DNA of 64,000 nt, taken from an uncultured Alphaproteobacteria bacterium (lineage in GTDB: Bacteria; Pseudomonadota; Alphaproteobacteria; Rs-D84). The stretch is from positions 200,936-264,935 of the forward strand of contig CATOOF010000001.1 of the NCBI GenBank assembly GCA_951801825.1, in the 5' to 3' direction. Made by a program: the position numbers and the translations under genes. The notes under the pieces are model-generated. The model worked only from the letters and a program-made list of their open reading frames with translations. It searched no databases and was not told where the DNA came from. This document shows, one piece after another, positions 41,290-51,872 of the stretch. Each line of letters opens with the position of its first letter. The first letter of the stretch is position 1.

Positions 41290-43596
41290 ATGAAATGGAC
41301 ATATGACTGGTTAAAAGATTATTTGAAAACAGACGCATCTGCGGAAACGATTGCGGATACGCTGACCCGCATTGGATTGGAAATAGATGACGTGTCGGTG
41401 CCAATCATGCCGATTGCTGCAAAAATTATAGAATGCCGGGCGCATGAAAACAGCGACCATCTGCACGTGCTGATGGTTGATGACGGAACCGGAACCCTGC
41501 GCCAGGTTGTCTGTGGCGCACCCAACGCGCGCGCGGGTCTGATATCTGCGTTGGCGGTGCCGGGGTGTGTTGTCGACGGACATGAAATACAGCGCGGCAA
41601 ACTGCGTGGCGTGGCATCTGACGGGATGATGTGCAGTGAAAAAGAATTGGGGATATCGGACAATCACGATGGCATTATCGAGTTGCCCGCAGATACAAAA
41701 ATAGGTGCGCCTGTGGTTGAGGGCTCTATCGTGTTTGAGGCCGGCATAACCCCGAACCGCCCTGATTATCTGGCGGTGCGCGGTATTGCACATGATTTGG
41801 CCGCGGCCGGTGTCGGCGGGTATGTCGGAACGAACGGCGTCCCCCTGGCCGAAGAAGGCGTCGGCCGCCGCGTAAAAATAGAAACGGATAAATGTATGGT
41901 TTATCGTTATGCCGAAATTCATGACATCCAGGTAAAACCATCAAATGAAGAAATAGCTCGCCGCCTGCGCGCAATAGGAATCAGTCCAAAAAACGCACCG
42001 ATTGATGCGACAAACTATGTCTGTTATGACATGGGCCAGCCAATGCATTGTTTCGATGCGGATGAAATAAAGGGTGATATAACCGTTCGTATGGCGGTGC
42101 CCGGCGAAGAGTTCACAGACCTGTTCGGTACGACGCATACGCTGTGTGACAAAGATATTGTTATAACGGATGAGGCGGGTGTTCTGGCACTGGCGGGCGT
42201 TGTTGGCGGCGCGCGAGCAATGACGACTGATAAGACAAAAAACATATTGCTTGAGAGTGCTTATTTCGACCCTGTGTCGGTTCGCAAAACAGCCAAGCGT
42301 ATCGGCGTGTCCACCGACGCGTCATACCGCTATGAACGCGGTATTGATCCGACAATATCCGATGTTGCATTGGCGGCGGCGGCACGTATAATAATTGCGG
42401 CATGCGGCGGCACGGTGTGTGTTGTTTCCTCTGCAGGCCAGATTCCGGCCGACCGCATTGTTATTGATTATTCGCCCGACATGTTTGCAAAGAAAATGGG
42501 ATTTAACGTGCCCGCCGAAACCCAGATGGACATTCTGATTGCATTGGGTTATACTGTTGGTGAACATGGCAATAAATGGCGTGTTTTCCCGCCTCGTCGC
42601 CGTGTTGATGTTGAAATCCCAGAAACTGTTATTGCAGATATTGCACGCATATACGGCTATGACAAAATCGCGGGTACGGCGATGCATCGTCCGTCCAACC
42701 CGGTCCGCCCCCACAAAGACCATGCGCTGGATATAAAAATGGCGCTGGCGTCACGCGGGCTTAACGAATGTCGCAGTTATGCGTTCGGCAATTCCCGTAT
42801 AGAGGCTATGCTGTCCGATCATGAACCTGTTATGGTTGCCAACCCTATTGTTGCAGATTTTGACACTGCGCGCGGTGGGCTGCTGGGCGGATTACTTGGG
42901 GCGGTGTCCAATAATGAAAAGCGCGGATATTGTGATTTGGCGTTGTTTGAACTGGGGACCGTGTTTGACGGCGACGCCCCCGGCCAGCAGCGCACGGCGC
43001 TGTGCATCGTGCGTACGGGTGCGGCGGTTCCGCGTCACTGGGCCGGTCGTGCGCGCGATGTGGATATCTATGATGTAAAGGCGGATATAGTATCACAGCT
43101 ATCGGCCCAGCGTTACACTGTTGCGACGGATAATCCGCCGCGCTGGGCGCATCCGTATCGTTATGGCCGTATTATGCAGGGCAAGAAAGTAATCGCGGAA
43201 TTTGGTGAATTGTCGCCTGTTGTTGCCCGCCAAATGCGTATCAAAACGCGTGCATGCGTGGCACTGGTGGCCAATATTGAAAATATTCCAGCGCGTCGTG
43301 TGGCAAAATACACGCCTGTACCGGAATTTCCGCCGATAACCCGTGATTTTGCATTTATCGCAGATTCAGCGTTTCCGGCGGCGGGTATTGTAAATACCGC
43401 CATGGCGGCCGATCGTCGAATAACAGATGCGATTGTATTTGATGCATTTGACATGGGCGGCGGTAAAAAGTCAATCGCGTTTACAATCACTATACAGCCT
43501 GATAAAAACATGACGGATGCGGATTTGATGGAAATCCAGAATGCCGTCATAGATGCTGTGGAAAAAAAGTGCGGTGCTGAAATTCGCGACAAATAA
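41290..43596 (+). CDS. pheT: Phenylalanine--tRNA ligase beta subunit
   Basis: 768 aa. N-terminal tRNA-binding domain and B3/B4 and B5 regions. Immediately follows pheS. Confidence 0.9.
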   Translation: MKWTYDWLKDYLKTDASAETIADTLTRIGLEIDDVSVPIMPIAAKIIECRAHENSDHLHVLMVDDGTGTLRQVVCGAPNARAGLISALAVPGCVVDGHEIQRGKLRGVASDGMMCSEKELGISDNHDGIIELPADTKIGAPVVEGSIVFEAGITPNRPDYLAVRGIAHDLAAAGVGGYVGTNGVPLAEEGVGRRVKIETDKCMVYRYAEIHDIQVKPSNEEIARRLRAIGISPKNAPIDATNYVCYDMGQPMHCFDADEIKGDITVRMAVPGEEFTDLFGTTHTLCDKDIVITDEAGVLALAGVVGGARAMTTDKTKNILLESAYFDPVSVRKTAKRIGVSTDASYRYERGIDPTISDVALAAAARIIIAACGGTVCVVSSAGQIPADRIVIDYSPDMFAKKMGFNVPAETQMDILIALGYTVGEHGNKWRVFPPRRRVDVEIPETVIADIARIYGYDKIAGTAMHRPSNPVRPHKDHALDIKMALASRGLNECRSYAFGNSRIEAMLSDHEPVMVANPIVADFDTARGGLLGGLLGAVSNNEKRGYCDLALFELGTVFDGDAPGQQRTALCIVRTGAAVPRHWAGRARDVDIYDVKADIVSQLSAQRYTVATDNPPRWAHPYRYGRIMQGKKVIAEFGELSPVVARQMRIKTRACVALVANIENIPARRVAKYTPVPEFPPITRDFAFIADSAFPAAGIVNTAMAADRRITDAIVFDAFDMGGGKKSIAFTITIQPDKNMTDADLMEIQNAVIDAVEKKCGAEIRDK

Positions 43597-43625
43597 AACG
43601 GGGGAAACATCCCCCGTTTTTTTAT
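43596..43625. terminator. Bidirectional terminator between pheT and nth
   Basis: Hairpin aaacggggg-aaacat-cccccgttttttt. Confidence 0.55.
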
Positions 43626-43661
43626 TTCACAAAACATCATGCTGGTCTTGGATATCCCTGT

Positions 43662-44321
43662 TTAAATCACTGTTTTATCCGGCGCGTTACAGATGCCGCA
43701 TACGGGGCAGTTGGCGCATGCGGGACGCAACGCCTTGCACACGTATCGCCCATGCAATACCATTACATGATTTACAATGGAATGGTACCGGGCGGGAATT
43801 ATTGATAACAGTGCCGTCTCAACCTTTTCAGGCGTGTTTGCATTCGCCCCGACCCATCCGTAACGATGTGCATTGCGGAAAACATGGGTGTCAACGCCTA
43901 TGTTTGGTGCGCCCCATAAAACGTTCATTATAACGTTTGCAGTTTTTTGTCCAACCCCGGGCAGCTTCATCAGCGCATCCCTGTTGTGATATTTGTCCGG
44001 GAATTTATAGCCCGCATCTGTTGCGCCATCCTCGTCCATCAGACGGGCGGCCAGCCCCATTATGCTTTTTGCCTTGTTGTTGAAAAAAGATAGCACCTTT
44101 ATATGCGATTTCAGGCCGTCCTCGCCCAATGCAATCATTGCGGCGGGCGTTGGTGCGGCGGCAAATAATGCGGGTGTTACCTCGTTCACTTTTTTGTCGG
44201 TTGCCTGGGCAGATAGTATCACGGCCACCGCGAACGTGAATTCGTTTGTGGAATACAGTTCCGACCGGATGTTCATATCGACGGATTTGGGGACAAGTTC
44301 AAAATATTCAGCCGGTGTCAT
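43662..44321 (-). CDS. nth: Endonuclease III
   Basis: HhH-GPD with a C-terminal 4Fe-4S cluster motif CKALRPACANCPVCGIC. Confidence 0.85.
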   Translation of the reverse strand: MTPAEYFELVPKSVDMNIRSELYSTNEFTFAVAVILSAQATDKKVNEVTPALFAAAPTPAAMIALGEDGLKSHIKVLSFFNNKAKSIMGLAARLMDEDGATDAGYKFPDKYHNRDALMKLPGVGQKTANVIMNVLWGAPNIGVDTHVFRNAHRYGWVGANANTPEKVETALLSIIPARYHSIVNHVMVLHGRYVCKALRPACANCPVCGICNAPDKTVI

Positions 44322-44542
44322 TATTTCTGCAACTCGTTAAGTTTGCGTAAGATTTGTTCCTGGGTTTGTAGAATTTTTGCATTGTGTGCCAATATGGCCT
44401 TTATTGCATCCGTATCATATCTGTCCCCCATAACAGGTTTGCCTGTGCGGGGGCACTGCATCATACGATGGTTACACTGACCCAGGTTATAAAATTCACA
44501 GTCGGTAATTGCGTATAAACAACAACCATTTAAACTTGGCAT
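44321..44542 (-). CDS. Small Cys-rich protein (73 aa) translationally coupled to nth
   Basis: N-terminal CC..C..C..C cluster. Its stop overlaps the nth start. Confidence 0.4.
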   Translation of the reverse strand: MPSLNGCCLYAITDCEFYNLGQCNHRMMQCPRTGKPVMGDRYDTDAIKAILAHNAKILQTQEQILRKLNELQK

Positions 44543-44557
44543 TTTATATCCTTATAT

Positions 44558-47500
44558 TTATTTTACTTTTTCAACCGAAACGGCCAGGCTGTAACCCTCT
44601 ATTTCTGTTTCGTATTCGCCGTCAGCACCCGCGTTCATTTCAACAATCAAGGCGTCGCGCATGATACGTTTGCGGTGTGCCTCTATTGCCATGGCGATTG
44701 CCGGTTCTGCCGCGTATGTCAGTCTGATGCGGTCCGACACGTCCAGGCCCGCCGCCTTGCGCGTGTCTTGGATAAAGCGCAACGCATCATTGGCCAGACC
44801 CTCCGCCACCAGTTCAGAGTTTACCTCTGTATCCAGAACCACAACAGCCGTATTGTCCGGCAGTGCGGCGCCCGAAACGCCCGTTTTTACCGTCAGGCGT
44901 GTTTCAAACTCGTCCGGGTTTAGGGTGTGGCCGGCCGCCGTCAGCGTATCGCCTGAAACCTCGTAATCGCCACGCTTTACCGCCGGGATTATGTCACGCA
45001 GTGCGCCACCCAAACGGGCGCCGATTTTTGGTGTAATCAAATATACGAACTTATCCGCAACCGCGTCTACGCTGTCTGTGAAATCTACTGATTTTACATT
45101 CAGCTCTTCCTTTATAATATCCGCGTATTGTGGCATGTTTGCGCCTGCAACGGTCAGTTTATTAAGAGGCAGACGATTTCGCAGGCGATAGTTTTCACGC
45201 AACTGTTTTCCTACTGATACGATTAATTGCACCCGGCGCATGTCTTGAACAATATCGTTGTCATATTTTTCCACGGTTGGGAAATCCGTCAAATGAACCG
45301 ATTGTTCCCCCGTCAGGTTGCGATAGACATGGTCAGTGATAAACGGTGCAAACGGTGCCATTACACGGCACAGCTGCGTCAGTACAGTATAGAGCGTATC
45401 AAACGCGGCCTGTTCTTCGTCCCAAAAACGTGTGCGCGACCGGCGTATGTACCAATTATTCAAGATGTCTAAGAATCGCACGAATGCTGAAATAGCGACA
45501 TCGGGCTTGTAATCAGCCAGTGCCGTGTCGGTGATTGAAATCAGCTCGCTTAGTTCTGCGATAATATATTTATCCAGCGCATTGTCTGATGTGCGCACTG
45601 TGGCCGTGATGTTCCCCGCATTCGCATACAGCGTAAAGAAATGATACGCATTCCACAGCGGCGTAAGGATTGTTTTTGCCGTCTCTGCAAACACTTTTCC
45701 GTCCTTGTCGACCAGAACGGGCTCTGCCTTCATAAAGTTCGACCCCAGTATAAACAATCTGATTGCATCGGCGCCGAATTGTTCCAGCTGTTCTTCTGGG
45801 TTAACAAAGTTCTGTAGTGATTTTGAAAACTTTTTCTTGTTTTCATCCATTACCATCCCGTTTGCGGATACCGTTCGGAATGCAGGGCTGTCAAACATTG
45901 CCGTTGCCAAAACCATCAGTGCATAGAACCACCCGCGGGTTTGGTCCTGGCCTTCGATAATATAATCGGCGGGGAATGTTGCGTCAAACACGTCCTTGTT
46001 TTCAAAAGGATAATGCAGCGATGCCCACGGCATGGAACCGGATTCCACCCAGCAGTCCAGTACATCTGGTATACGCGTCCATCCGTCGCGGGTCAGCGCA
46101 TCCAGTGTGGGGCGGTGCAAATCATCTATTTTTACGCCAAAGAATTCTTCAATTTCCGCAATAGAACCGAATATTTTATATTCGCCGTCGCGTTGCCAAA
46201 TCGGCAGCGGTGTCCCCCAAAATCTGTTGCGTGAAATTGCCCATGGCCGCGCATTCTCGATCCAGGCACGAAAACGTTCGCCGGCCGATGTCCAATGAAC
46301 ACGCGAATTATTCGCCAGCAGTTTTTCCTTTATTTTCGGAACATCAATATACCATGAATCGGTGGCGCGCTGTATCAGTTTTTCTTTCGAGCGGTCGCCA
46401 TATGGATAACTGTGTTTGTATTGTTCCTTTTTCACGACATGGCCGCGTGATTTTAACAAATCCATTATTTTTGCATTTGCCACAAAAATATTTTCGCCGG
46501 CGAAATCGCGAACTGTTTCATCAAAGTTTCCATAATTGTCCACATTCAAAATGACCGGGAATTTCGGGTCGATTGCCTTGGCCGCCCAAAAGTCTTCGGC
46601 ACCGTATGCTGGCGCGATATGAACAATTCCCGTACCGTCGGAATCGGATACGTATTCGGCGGATATTACCTGATACAATAAATCAGACGTCCCCGCATAA
46701 TAATCAAACAGCGGCGTGTACTTTTTTCCAACCAAATCGGCGCCCATAACCTCGCCTATCTTTTCCGCATTTGCCAGCTGTTTTTCATAGGCTTTTAGTC
46801 TGGACTCTGCGATAACATAAACGGCGCCGTCGCTATCTTGCATGCGTACGTATTTCATATCCGGATTTACCGCCAGGGCCGAATTCGCCGGCAGCGTCCA
46901 CGGCGTTGTCGTCCATGCCATTACCCTGTCGCCTGTTTCCAGTTCAAACCATACGGTTAGCGCATCGTCAACCACATCGCGATAATCCTGGGACGCCTCT
47001 GAATTGGAAACAATCGTACCGTTTACCCAGTCGAACCAGTTTACGGAATAATCCTTGTACAACAGGCCCTTGTCATGCAACGATTTCAACGTCCACAGCA
47101 TGGATTCCATATAGTTTTTATCCATGGTTTTGTAACCGTATCCCGTACCCACATCGACCCAGCGGCCAATGCGTTCGATAAACTTTTCCCATTCTTGGGT
47201 GTATGTCATAACGTCCGTGCGGCACATATCACAGAACGCGGCCAGGCCGTCCGTCGCGACGATATCTTTTGCCTGGCGTTTTTGCTTTTTCTCTACGCTA
47301 TTTTCCGCCGGCAGACCGTGGCAATCCCACCCCAGTTCGCGTCGGACAAACCGACCTTTCATGGTCTGGTATCTGCATACCATATCTTTTACGGCTGATA
47401 CCCCCAAATGTCCCCAGTGCGGCAAACCGTTGCCAAAAGGCGGCCCATCAAAAAACGAGAAAGGATGCCCTTGTTTTGTCTTTTCCAGCGTTTTATGAAA

Positions 47501-47584
47501 CGTATCATCTGCACGCCAAAAGCTAAGTATTTCCTGCTCTATTGCTGGAAAATCTGCACGTGGATCGGTTTTTGGGTATGCCAT
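44558..47584 (-). CDS. ileS: Isoleucine--tRNA ligase, type 2 (eukaryote-like)
   Basis: HIGH-region variant PPFGNGLPHWGHL and KFSKS (KMSKS). About 1008 aa from MAYPKTDP. Confidence 0.85.
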   Translation of the reverse strand: MAYPKTDPRADFPAIEQEILSFWRADDTFHKTLEKTKQGHPFSFFDGPPFGNGLPHWGHLGVSAVKDMVCRYQTMKGRFVRRELGWDCHGLPAENSVEKKQKRQAKDIVATDGLAAFCDMCRTDVMTYTQEWEKFIERIGRWVDVGTGYGYKTMDKNYMESMLWTLKSLHDKGLLYKDYSVNWFDWVNGTIVSNSEASQDYRDVVDDALTVWFELETGDRVMAWTTTPWTLPANSALAVNPDMKYVRMQDSDGAVYVIAESRLKAYEKQLANAEKIGEVMGADLVGKKYTPLFDYYAGTSDLLYQVISAEYVSDSDGTGIVHIAPAYGAEDFWAAKAIDPKFPVILNVDNYGNFDETVRDFAGENIFVANAKIMDLLKSRGHVVKKEQYKHSYPYGDRSKEKLIQRATDSWYIDVPKIKEKLLANNSRVHWTSAGERFRAWIENARPWAISRNRFWGTPLPIWQRDGEYKIFGSIAEIEEFFGVKIDDLHRPTLDALTRDGWTRIPDVLDCWVESGSMPWASLHYPFENKDVFDATFPADYIIEGQDQTRGWFYALMVLATAMFDSPAFRTVSANGMVMDENKKKFSKSLQNFVNPEEQLEQFGADAIRLFILGSNFMKAEPVLVDKDGKVFAETAKTILTPLWNAYHFFTLYANAGNITATVRTSDNALDKYIIAELSELISITDTALADYKPDVAISAFVRFLDILNNWYIRRSRTRFWDEEQAAFDTLYTVLTQLCRVMAPFAPFITDHVYRNLTGEQSVHLTDFPTVEKYDNDIVQDMRRVQLIVSVGKQLRENYRLRNRLPLNKLTVAGANMPQYADIIKEELNVKSVDFTDSVDAVADKFVYLITPKIGARLGGALRDIIPAVKRGDYEVSGDTLTAAGHTLNPDEFETRLTVKTGVSGAALPDNTAVVVLDTEVNSELVAEGLANDALRFIQDTRKAAGLDVSDRIRLTYAAEPAIAMAIEAHRKRIMRDALIVEMNAGADGEYETEIEGYSLAVSVEKVK

Positions 47585-47708
47585 TTGGTTTTTGCCTTTT
47601 GTTTGTTTAAATAAAAACGGGCGCCAGTGTGCGCCCGGACAACGTGCCAAAGCGCGGTGCCGAAATTATTTAATAATGATTATAGCTTTATACATCATTT
47701 TTTTATTC

Positions 47709-47784
47709 TGGTGCCGGTGATAGGACTTGAACCTACGACCCCCTCATTACGAATGAGATGCTCTACCAGCTGAGCTACACCGGC
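47709..47784 (-). tRNA. tRNA-Thr (CGU)
   Basis: Cloverleaf read on the minus strand: GCCGGTGTAGCTCAGCTGGTAGAGCATCTCATTCGTAATGAGGGGGTCGTAGGTTCAAGTCCTATCACCGGCACCA. Anticodon CGT. Confidence 0.8.
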
Positions 47785-47939
47785 AACGCATGGCATGTTA
47801 ATATATATTTTCCCGTATTTCCACAATAAAATAATATCAAATGCCAAAACAAGATGGGATCCTTTTACACCCGCTATGGGATTTGTATCATCTGGCATGC
47901 GCCTTTTGATTTTTACTATTATTTGCCTTGTAACAGGGG

Positions 47940-48542
47940 GTGATTATGTATGACTTGGTGTTCGATTATGGTATGATTACTATAAAACTAGCGATTGCAA
48001 TCGCCACGGCATTTGTCTTTCTAAAGATATTTAATATGAACGCCCAGCTGAAACAGATGACGCCGCTGGATATCGTTTTAAACTTTCTGCTTAGTGCCAT
48101 ATTGTCAAACTTTATTCTGGACCGGGACATCAGTTTGACAGACTTTTTCGTTGTGGTTTTGATATTTGGCGCCCTGCTCTATGCTGTTAACTGGTTTTCA
48201 TTCCGAACGGATGTGGGGCGGCGCATATTTATCGGTTCACCAAAAATTATTATCAAAGATGGCAAGTTCAACCTGGAACTGATGCGCCGGCTAAAGCTGA
48301 ATGTGCGCGATATGGCGGCCGTAATGCGCCGGCAAAAAATCCGTTCGCTAAAAGATATTGAAATGGCCCAGATTGAAACTAACGGCGACCTTACCATTGT
48401 TAAAAAAGGCTCGCCCGAATATTCCGTTATTCTTATCGACAACGGTGTGATTGACGCGGCCGCATTACAGAAAATAAACAAGGATGAAAAATGGTTACGC
48501 CGGCGTCTAAAGGCAATGGGAGTAAACGACCCCGAAGTATAG
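47940..48542 (+). CDS. DUF421 (YetF-like) membrane protein
   Basis: Three N-terminal TM helices plus a C-terminal soluble domain. Confidence 0.5.
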   Translation: MIMYDLVFDYGMITIKLAIAIATAFVFLKIFNMNAQLKQMTPLDIVLNFLLSAILSNFILDRDISLTDFFVVVLIFGALLYAVNWFSFRTDVGRRIFIGSPKIIIKDGKFNLELMRRLKLNVRDMAAVMRRQKIRSLKDIEMAQIETNGDLTIVKKGSPEYSVILIDNGVIDAAALQKINKDEKWLRRRLKAMGVNDPEV

Positions 48543-48582
48543 CCCAGTGGTATGACAATCGTATTCAGATAATAAAAAAGGA

Positions 48583-50226
48583 CTAGCCGCGTATTTTCCG
48601 TAAAATAACCATTATTCCGGCCGGCGTCATTCCGGGAATGCGTGACAATGCCGCAATATTTTCAGGACGCGTCGCGCTAAGCTTTTCGATTAATTCGTTT
48701 GTCAGTCCGGCCATCCCCGCATACTTGAAACCGGCGGGAATTTTTAATCCCATATCGCGGCGGACGCCTTCTATCTCGCGCTGGGCACGTGCAATATATC
48801 CGGCATAAAACCGGTCGTTTTCATCCGCGGCCGCATCTCGCAATGCACGCTTTTTCGCCAGTTCTGTAGATGATATCATGCCCAGTTTTTCCCCCGTTTC
48901 GCCCAGGCGTCTAACCGCATTGTCCGCCCGCAGATGCAGTCTGTATTCCGCCCGCGATGAAAACATGCGGTACGGTTCATCCACGCCCAGCGTTGTTATG
49001 TCGTCAATTAACACGCCAATCATTGAATTGGTTCTGTCCAGTTCCAGCGGCGCAATATTCAGCGCATGCGCGGCGGCGTTTGCCCCGGCGACGATTCCCT
49101 GGGCGGCGGCCTCTTCATATCCTGATGTTCCGTTTACCTGGCCTGCAAAAAACAGGCCCGGAATGTCTTTTGATTCCAGTGTCGCGCGCAGTTTTCGTGC
49201 ATCAATCGCATCATATTCGATTGCGTATCCATATCGTGCGATGCGCACGTTTTCCAGCCCTGGTATTGTGCGAATCCATTTGTCCTGAATGTCACATCCA
49301 AAACTGGTTGAAATACCGTTGGGGTAAATCAAATCACTGTCCAGGCCTTCTGGTTCCAAAAACACATGATGCGATGCATGCGTGGTAAATCGCATGACCT
49401 TGTCTTCCAGGCTGGGACAATACCGGGGGCCGGTTCCTTCTATGTCGCCGTTGTACATTGGCGCCTGTGCGATGTTTTCACGGATTATCTGGTGTGTTTT
49501 TTCAGTTGTGTGGGTAATAAAACACTGCGTGTCAAAATCGTTGGTGTCACACGGCGCCGAAAACCATTCATGGGGGGTGTCGGCCGGCTGGGGTTCGCAT
49601 ACGGAAAAGTCTATGCTGTCGCGATATAGGCGTGCCGGTGTTCCGGTCTTCAGACGCATCAAATCAAACCCCGCCGCCCGCAGCGTATCGGATATATGCA
49701 TGTCCGGGGCCTGGTATTCGCCATTATCCATCAGCCGCCCCGATGGAATTTTTTCCGCACCTCTGGTAACCAGGCCGCGCAGAAAAGTTCCCGCCGTTAT
49801 AATAATCGATTTCGCCTTGTATTTGTTGTTTACGATTTTTTCGTAAACATCCAGGTCTGTTACCGTTTCAAATGTAATCGTTAAGTTTGGTGTGTCGCGT
49901 AATATTTCCATAACCGCGTTGTGATACAAATCACGGTCAATCTGGGCGCGCAGTGCACGTGTCGCCGCACCGTGTGACGCATTTAGCATGCGAAAATGTA
50001 TCCCCGCGGCGTCGGCCGCGCGGCCCATTACGCCGCCCAGTGCGTCTATTTCCGCAACCATTTGGGATTTGCCGGGGCCCCCTATGCTGGGGTTGCACGA
50101 CATTGCGCCGATATCGCTTTCGCGCATGGTAAGCAGCAGCGTCTTTGCACCGCGTCGCGATGCGGCCGCTGCTGCCTCGGTACCGGCGTGTCCGCCGCCA
50201 ATAACGATTACATCAAATTCGATCAT
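48583..50226 (-). CDS. mnmG: tRNA uridine 5-carboxymethylaminomethyl modification enzyme MnmG (GidA), short form
   Basis: FAD-binding VIVIGGGHAGTEAA, MSCNPSIGGPGKSQMVAEIDALGG and a C-terminal PGMTPAGI. 547 aa. Confidence 0.8.
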   Translation of the reverse strand: MIEFDVIVIGGGHAGTEAAAAASRRGAKTLLLTMRESDIGAMSCNPSIGGPGKSQMVAEIDALGGVMGRAADAAGIHFRMLNASHGAATRALRAQIDRDLYHNAVMEILRDTPNLTITFETVTDLDVYEKIVNNKYKAKSIIITAGTFLRGLVTRGAEKIPSGRLMDNGEYQAPDMHISDTLRAAGFDLMRLKTGTPARLYRDSIDFSVCEPQPADTPHEWFSAPCDTNDFDTQCFITHTTEKTHQIIRENIAQAPMYNGDIEGTGPRYCPSLEDKVMRFTTHASHHVFLEPEGLDSDLIYPNGISTSFGCDIQDKWIRTIPGLENVRIARYGYAIEYDAIDARKLRATLESKDIPGLFFAGQVNGTSGYEEAAAQGIVAGANAAAHALNIAPLELDRTNSMIGVLIDDITTLGVDEPYRMFSSRAEYRLHLRADNAVRRLGETGEKLGMISSTELAKKRALRDAAADENDRFYAGYIARAQREIEGVRRDMGLKIPAGFKYAGMAGLTNELIEKLSATRPENIAALSRIPGMTPAGIMVILRKIRG

Positions 50227-50229
50227 TTA

Positions 50230-50958
50230 TTAAAAACGTCCCATTCCGCCGTTGACATTTATTGTCTGGCCGTTGATATAGGAGGCCTCCTCACTTGCCA
50301 GGAAGACGCATGCCGCGGCGATGTCGTCTGGTTCGCCAAATCGTCCGGCGGGAATTTGCGCCAGATACGCCTTTTTCAGGTCATCTGACAATACGTCTGT
50401 CATTGGTGTTTTTATAAATCCGGGCGCGACACAGTTTGCGGTAATCCCGCGTGATGCAACCTCTGCGGCGATTGATTTGGTCATGGCAATCATACCGCCC
50501 TTTGATGCGGCATAGTTTGCCTGGCCCGGTCCGCCGATAACACCAATAATAGACGCCATGTTGATAATGCGGCCATAGCGGTTTTTCATCATCGGCATAA
50601 CACATGCCCGACAGATTTTAAAGGTAGAGCGCAGATTTGTATTGATAACATCGTCAAACTGTTCGTCCGTCATACGCATCAACAGCGTGTCTTTCGTAAT
50701 GCCGGCGTTATTTACGACAATGTCGATTTTACCGGCCGCCTCTATGGTGTTCATAACCAGTTCGACCGCCCCGCCGTCGGCTGATAAATCGGCCGGAATT
50801 TTAATGTATTCATCGCCGAACTCCGCATCCAGTTTCGCCGTATTGCGTCCCGATACAACAACTGTTGCGCCGGCCTCTTTCATTTTGCGTGCGATTGCGC
50901 CGCCGATTCCGCCGGTTGCGCCTGTAATCAATGCAACGCGTCCATTTAAATCAAACAT
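50230..50958 (-). CDS. fabG: 3-oxoacyl-ACP reductase
   Basis: SDR fold GATGGIGGAIA with the catalytic YAASKGG. Confidence 0.85.
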   Translation of the reverse strand: MFDLNGRVALITGATGGIGGAIARKMKEAGATVVVSGRNTAKLDAEFGDEYIKIPADLSADGGAVELVMNTIEAAGKIDIVVNNAGITKDTLLMRMTDEQFDDVINTNLRSTFKICRACVMPMMKNRYGRIINMASIIGVIGGPGQANYAASKGGMIAMTKSIAAEVASRGITANCVAPGFIKTPMTDVLSDDLKKAYLAQIPAGRFGEPDDIAAACVFLASEEASYINGQTINVNGGMGRF

Positions 50959-50960
50959 AA

Positions 50961-51836
50961 CTATATCTCCATTTTCTTTGCGTTAATATCCGGACAAATA
51001 CGTCCCGCCAGGCCTGTCAAAACATTTCCTGGTCCCACTTCTATCATGTCAGTAATCCCCAACTCGTGCATTTTCAGCACGCTTTCCCGCCAGCGTACGC
51101 CATGCGTCATCTGATATACCAGTGCCTCTTTTATTTCGGCCGGGTCTGTCATCGGCGCGGCTGTTTTGTTTGCGATCAGGATTGCCTTTGGCGTCTTTAT
51201 CTCTACTTTTTCCAGCGCATCGCGCATTGCCTGGGCGGCGCTTTCCTGCATGCGGCAATGTACCGGCACCGACAGCGCCAGTGGCATCGCGCGTCGTGCG
51301 CCGGCCTCGCGGGCGGCGGCCATTACGGATTCAACCGCGCCCTTTTCGCCTGAGATCACCACCTGGCCCGGACAGTTGTCGTTTGCCACGTCCGCATCCG
51401 TTCCCGCGCATATCTGGCGCAGAACATCAATATCCAACCCGATAACAACCGCCGTCAGACCCGTTCCCGCGGGTGCGGCGGCCTGCATGGCGTCCCCGCG
51501 TGCACGCAACAGGCGTGCCGCATCGCCGACACTGATCGCATCTGCCGCGCACAGCGCCGTATATTCCCCCAGCGAGTGCCCCGCAACATATTCCGGCAGT
51601 GCCGCATTCGCCGCCCGCAGCATTGCAATAGATGTCGCCATAATCGCGGGTTGTACATTGCGCGTCATGGTTAAGTCCTCCATCGGGCCGTTAAATATCA
51701 GCTCTGACAGCTTTTCCCCCAGTGCCGCATCAACCTCGTCAAACACTGCGCGTGCCGCGGCATTTGTTTCATATAATTCGCGCCCCATGCCGACGCTTTG
51801 CGACCCCTGGCCGGGGAATACAAATATAGATGACAT
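50961..51836 (-). CDS. fabD: ACP S-malonyltransferase
   Basis: FVFPGQGSQSVGM and the active-site GHSLGEY. Confidence 0.85.
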   Translation of the reverse strand: MSSIFVFPGQGSQSVGMGRELYETNAAARAVFDEVDAALGEKLSELIFNGPMEDLTMTRNVQPAIMATSIAMLRAANAALPEYVAGHSLGEYTALCAADAISVGDAARLLRARGDAMQAAAPAGTGLTAVVIGLDIDVLRQICAGTDADVANDNCPGQVVISGEKGAVESVMAAAREAGARRAMPLALSVPVHCRMQESAAQAMRDALEKVEIKTPKAILIANKTAAPMTDPAEIKEALVYQMTHGVRWRESVLKMHELGITDMIEVGPGNVLTGLAGRICPDINAKKMEI

Positions 51837-51872
51837 GTGTTCTCCTCTAAGATAAATTAAATCACGGGTAAA

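Noticed and set aside
47695-47898. 67-aa ORF on the minus strand
   Set aside because: The region encodes tRNA-Thr on the minus strand. The ORF is an artefact running through the tRNA.
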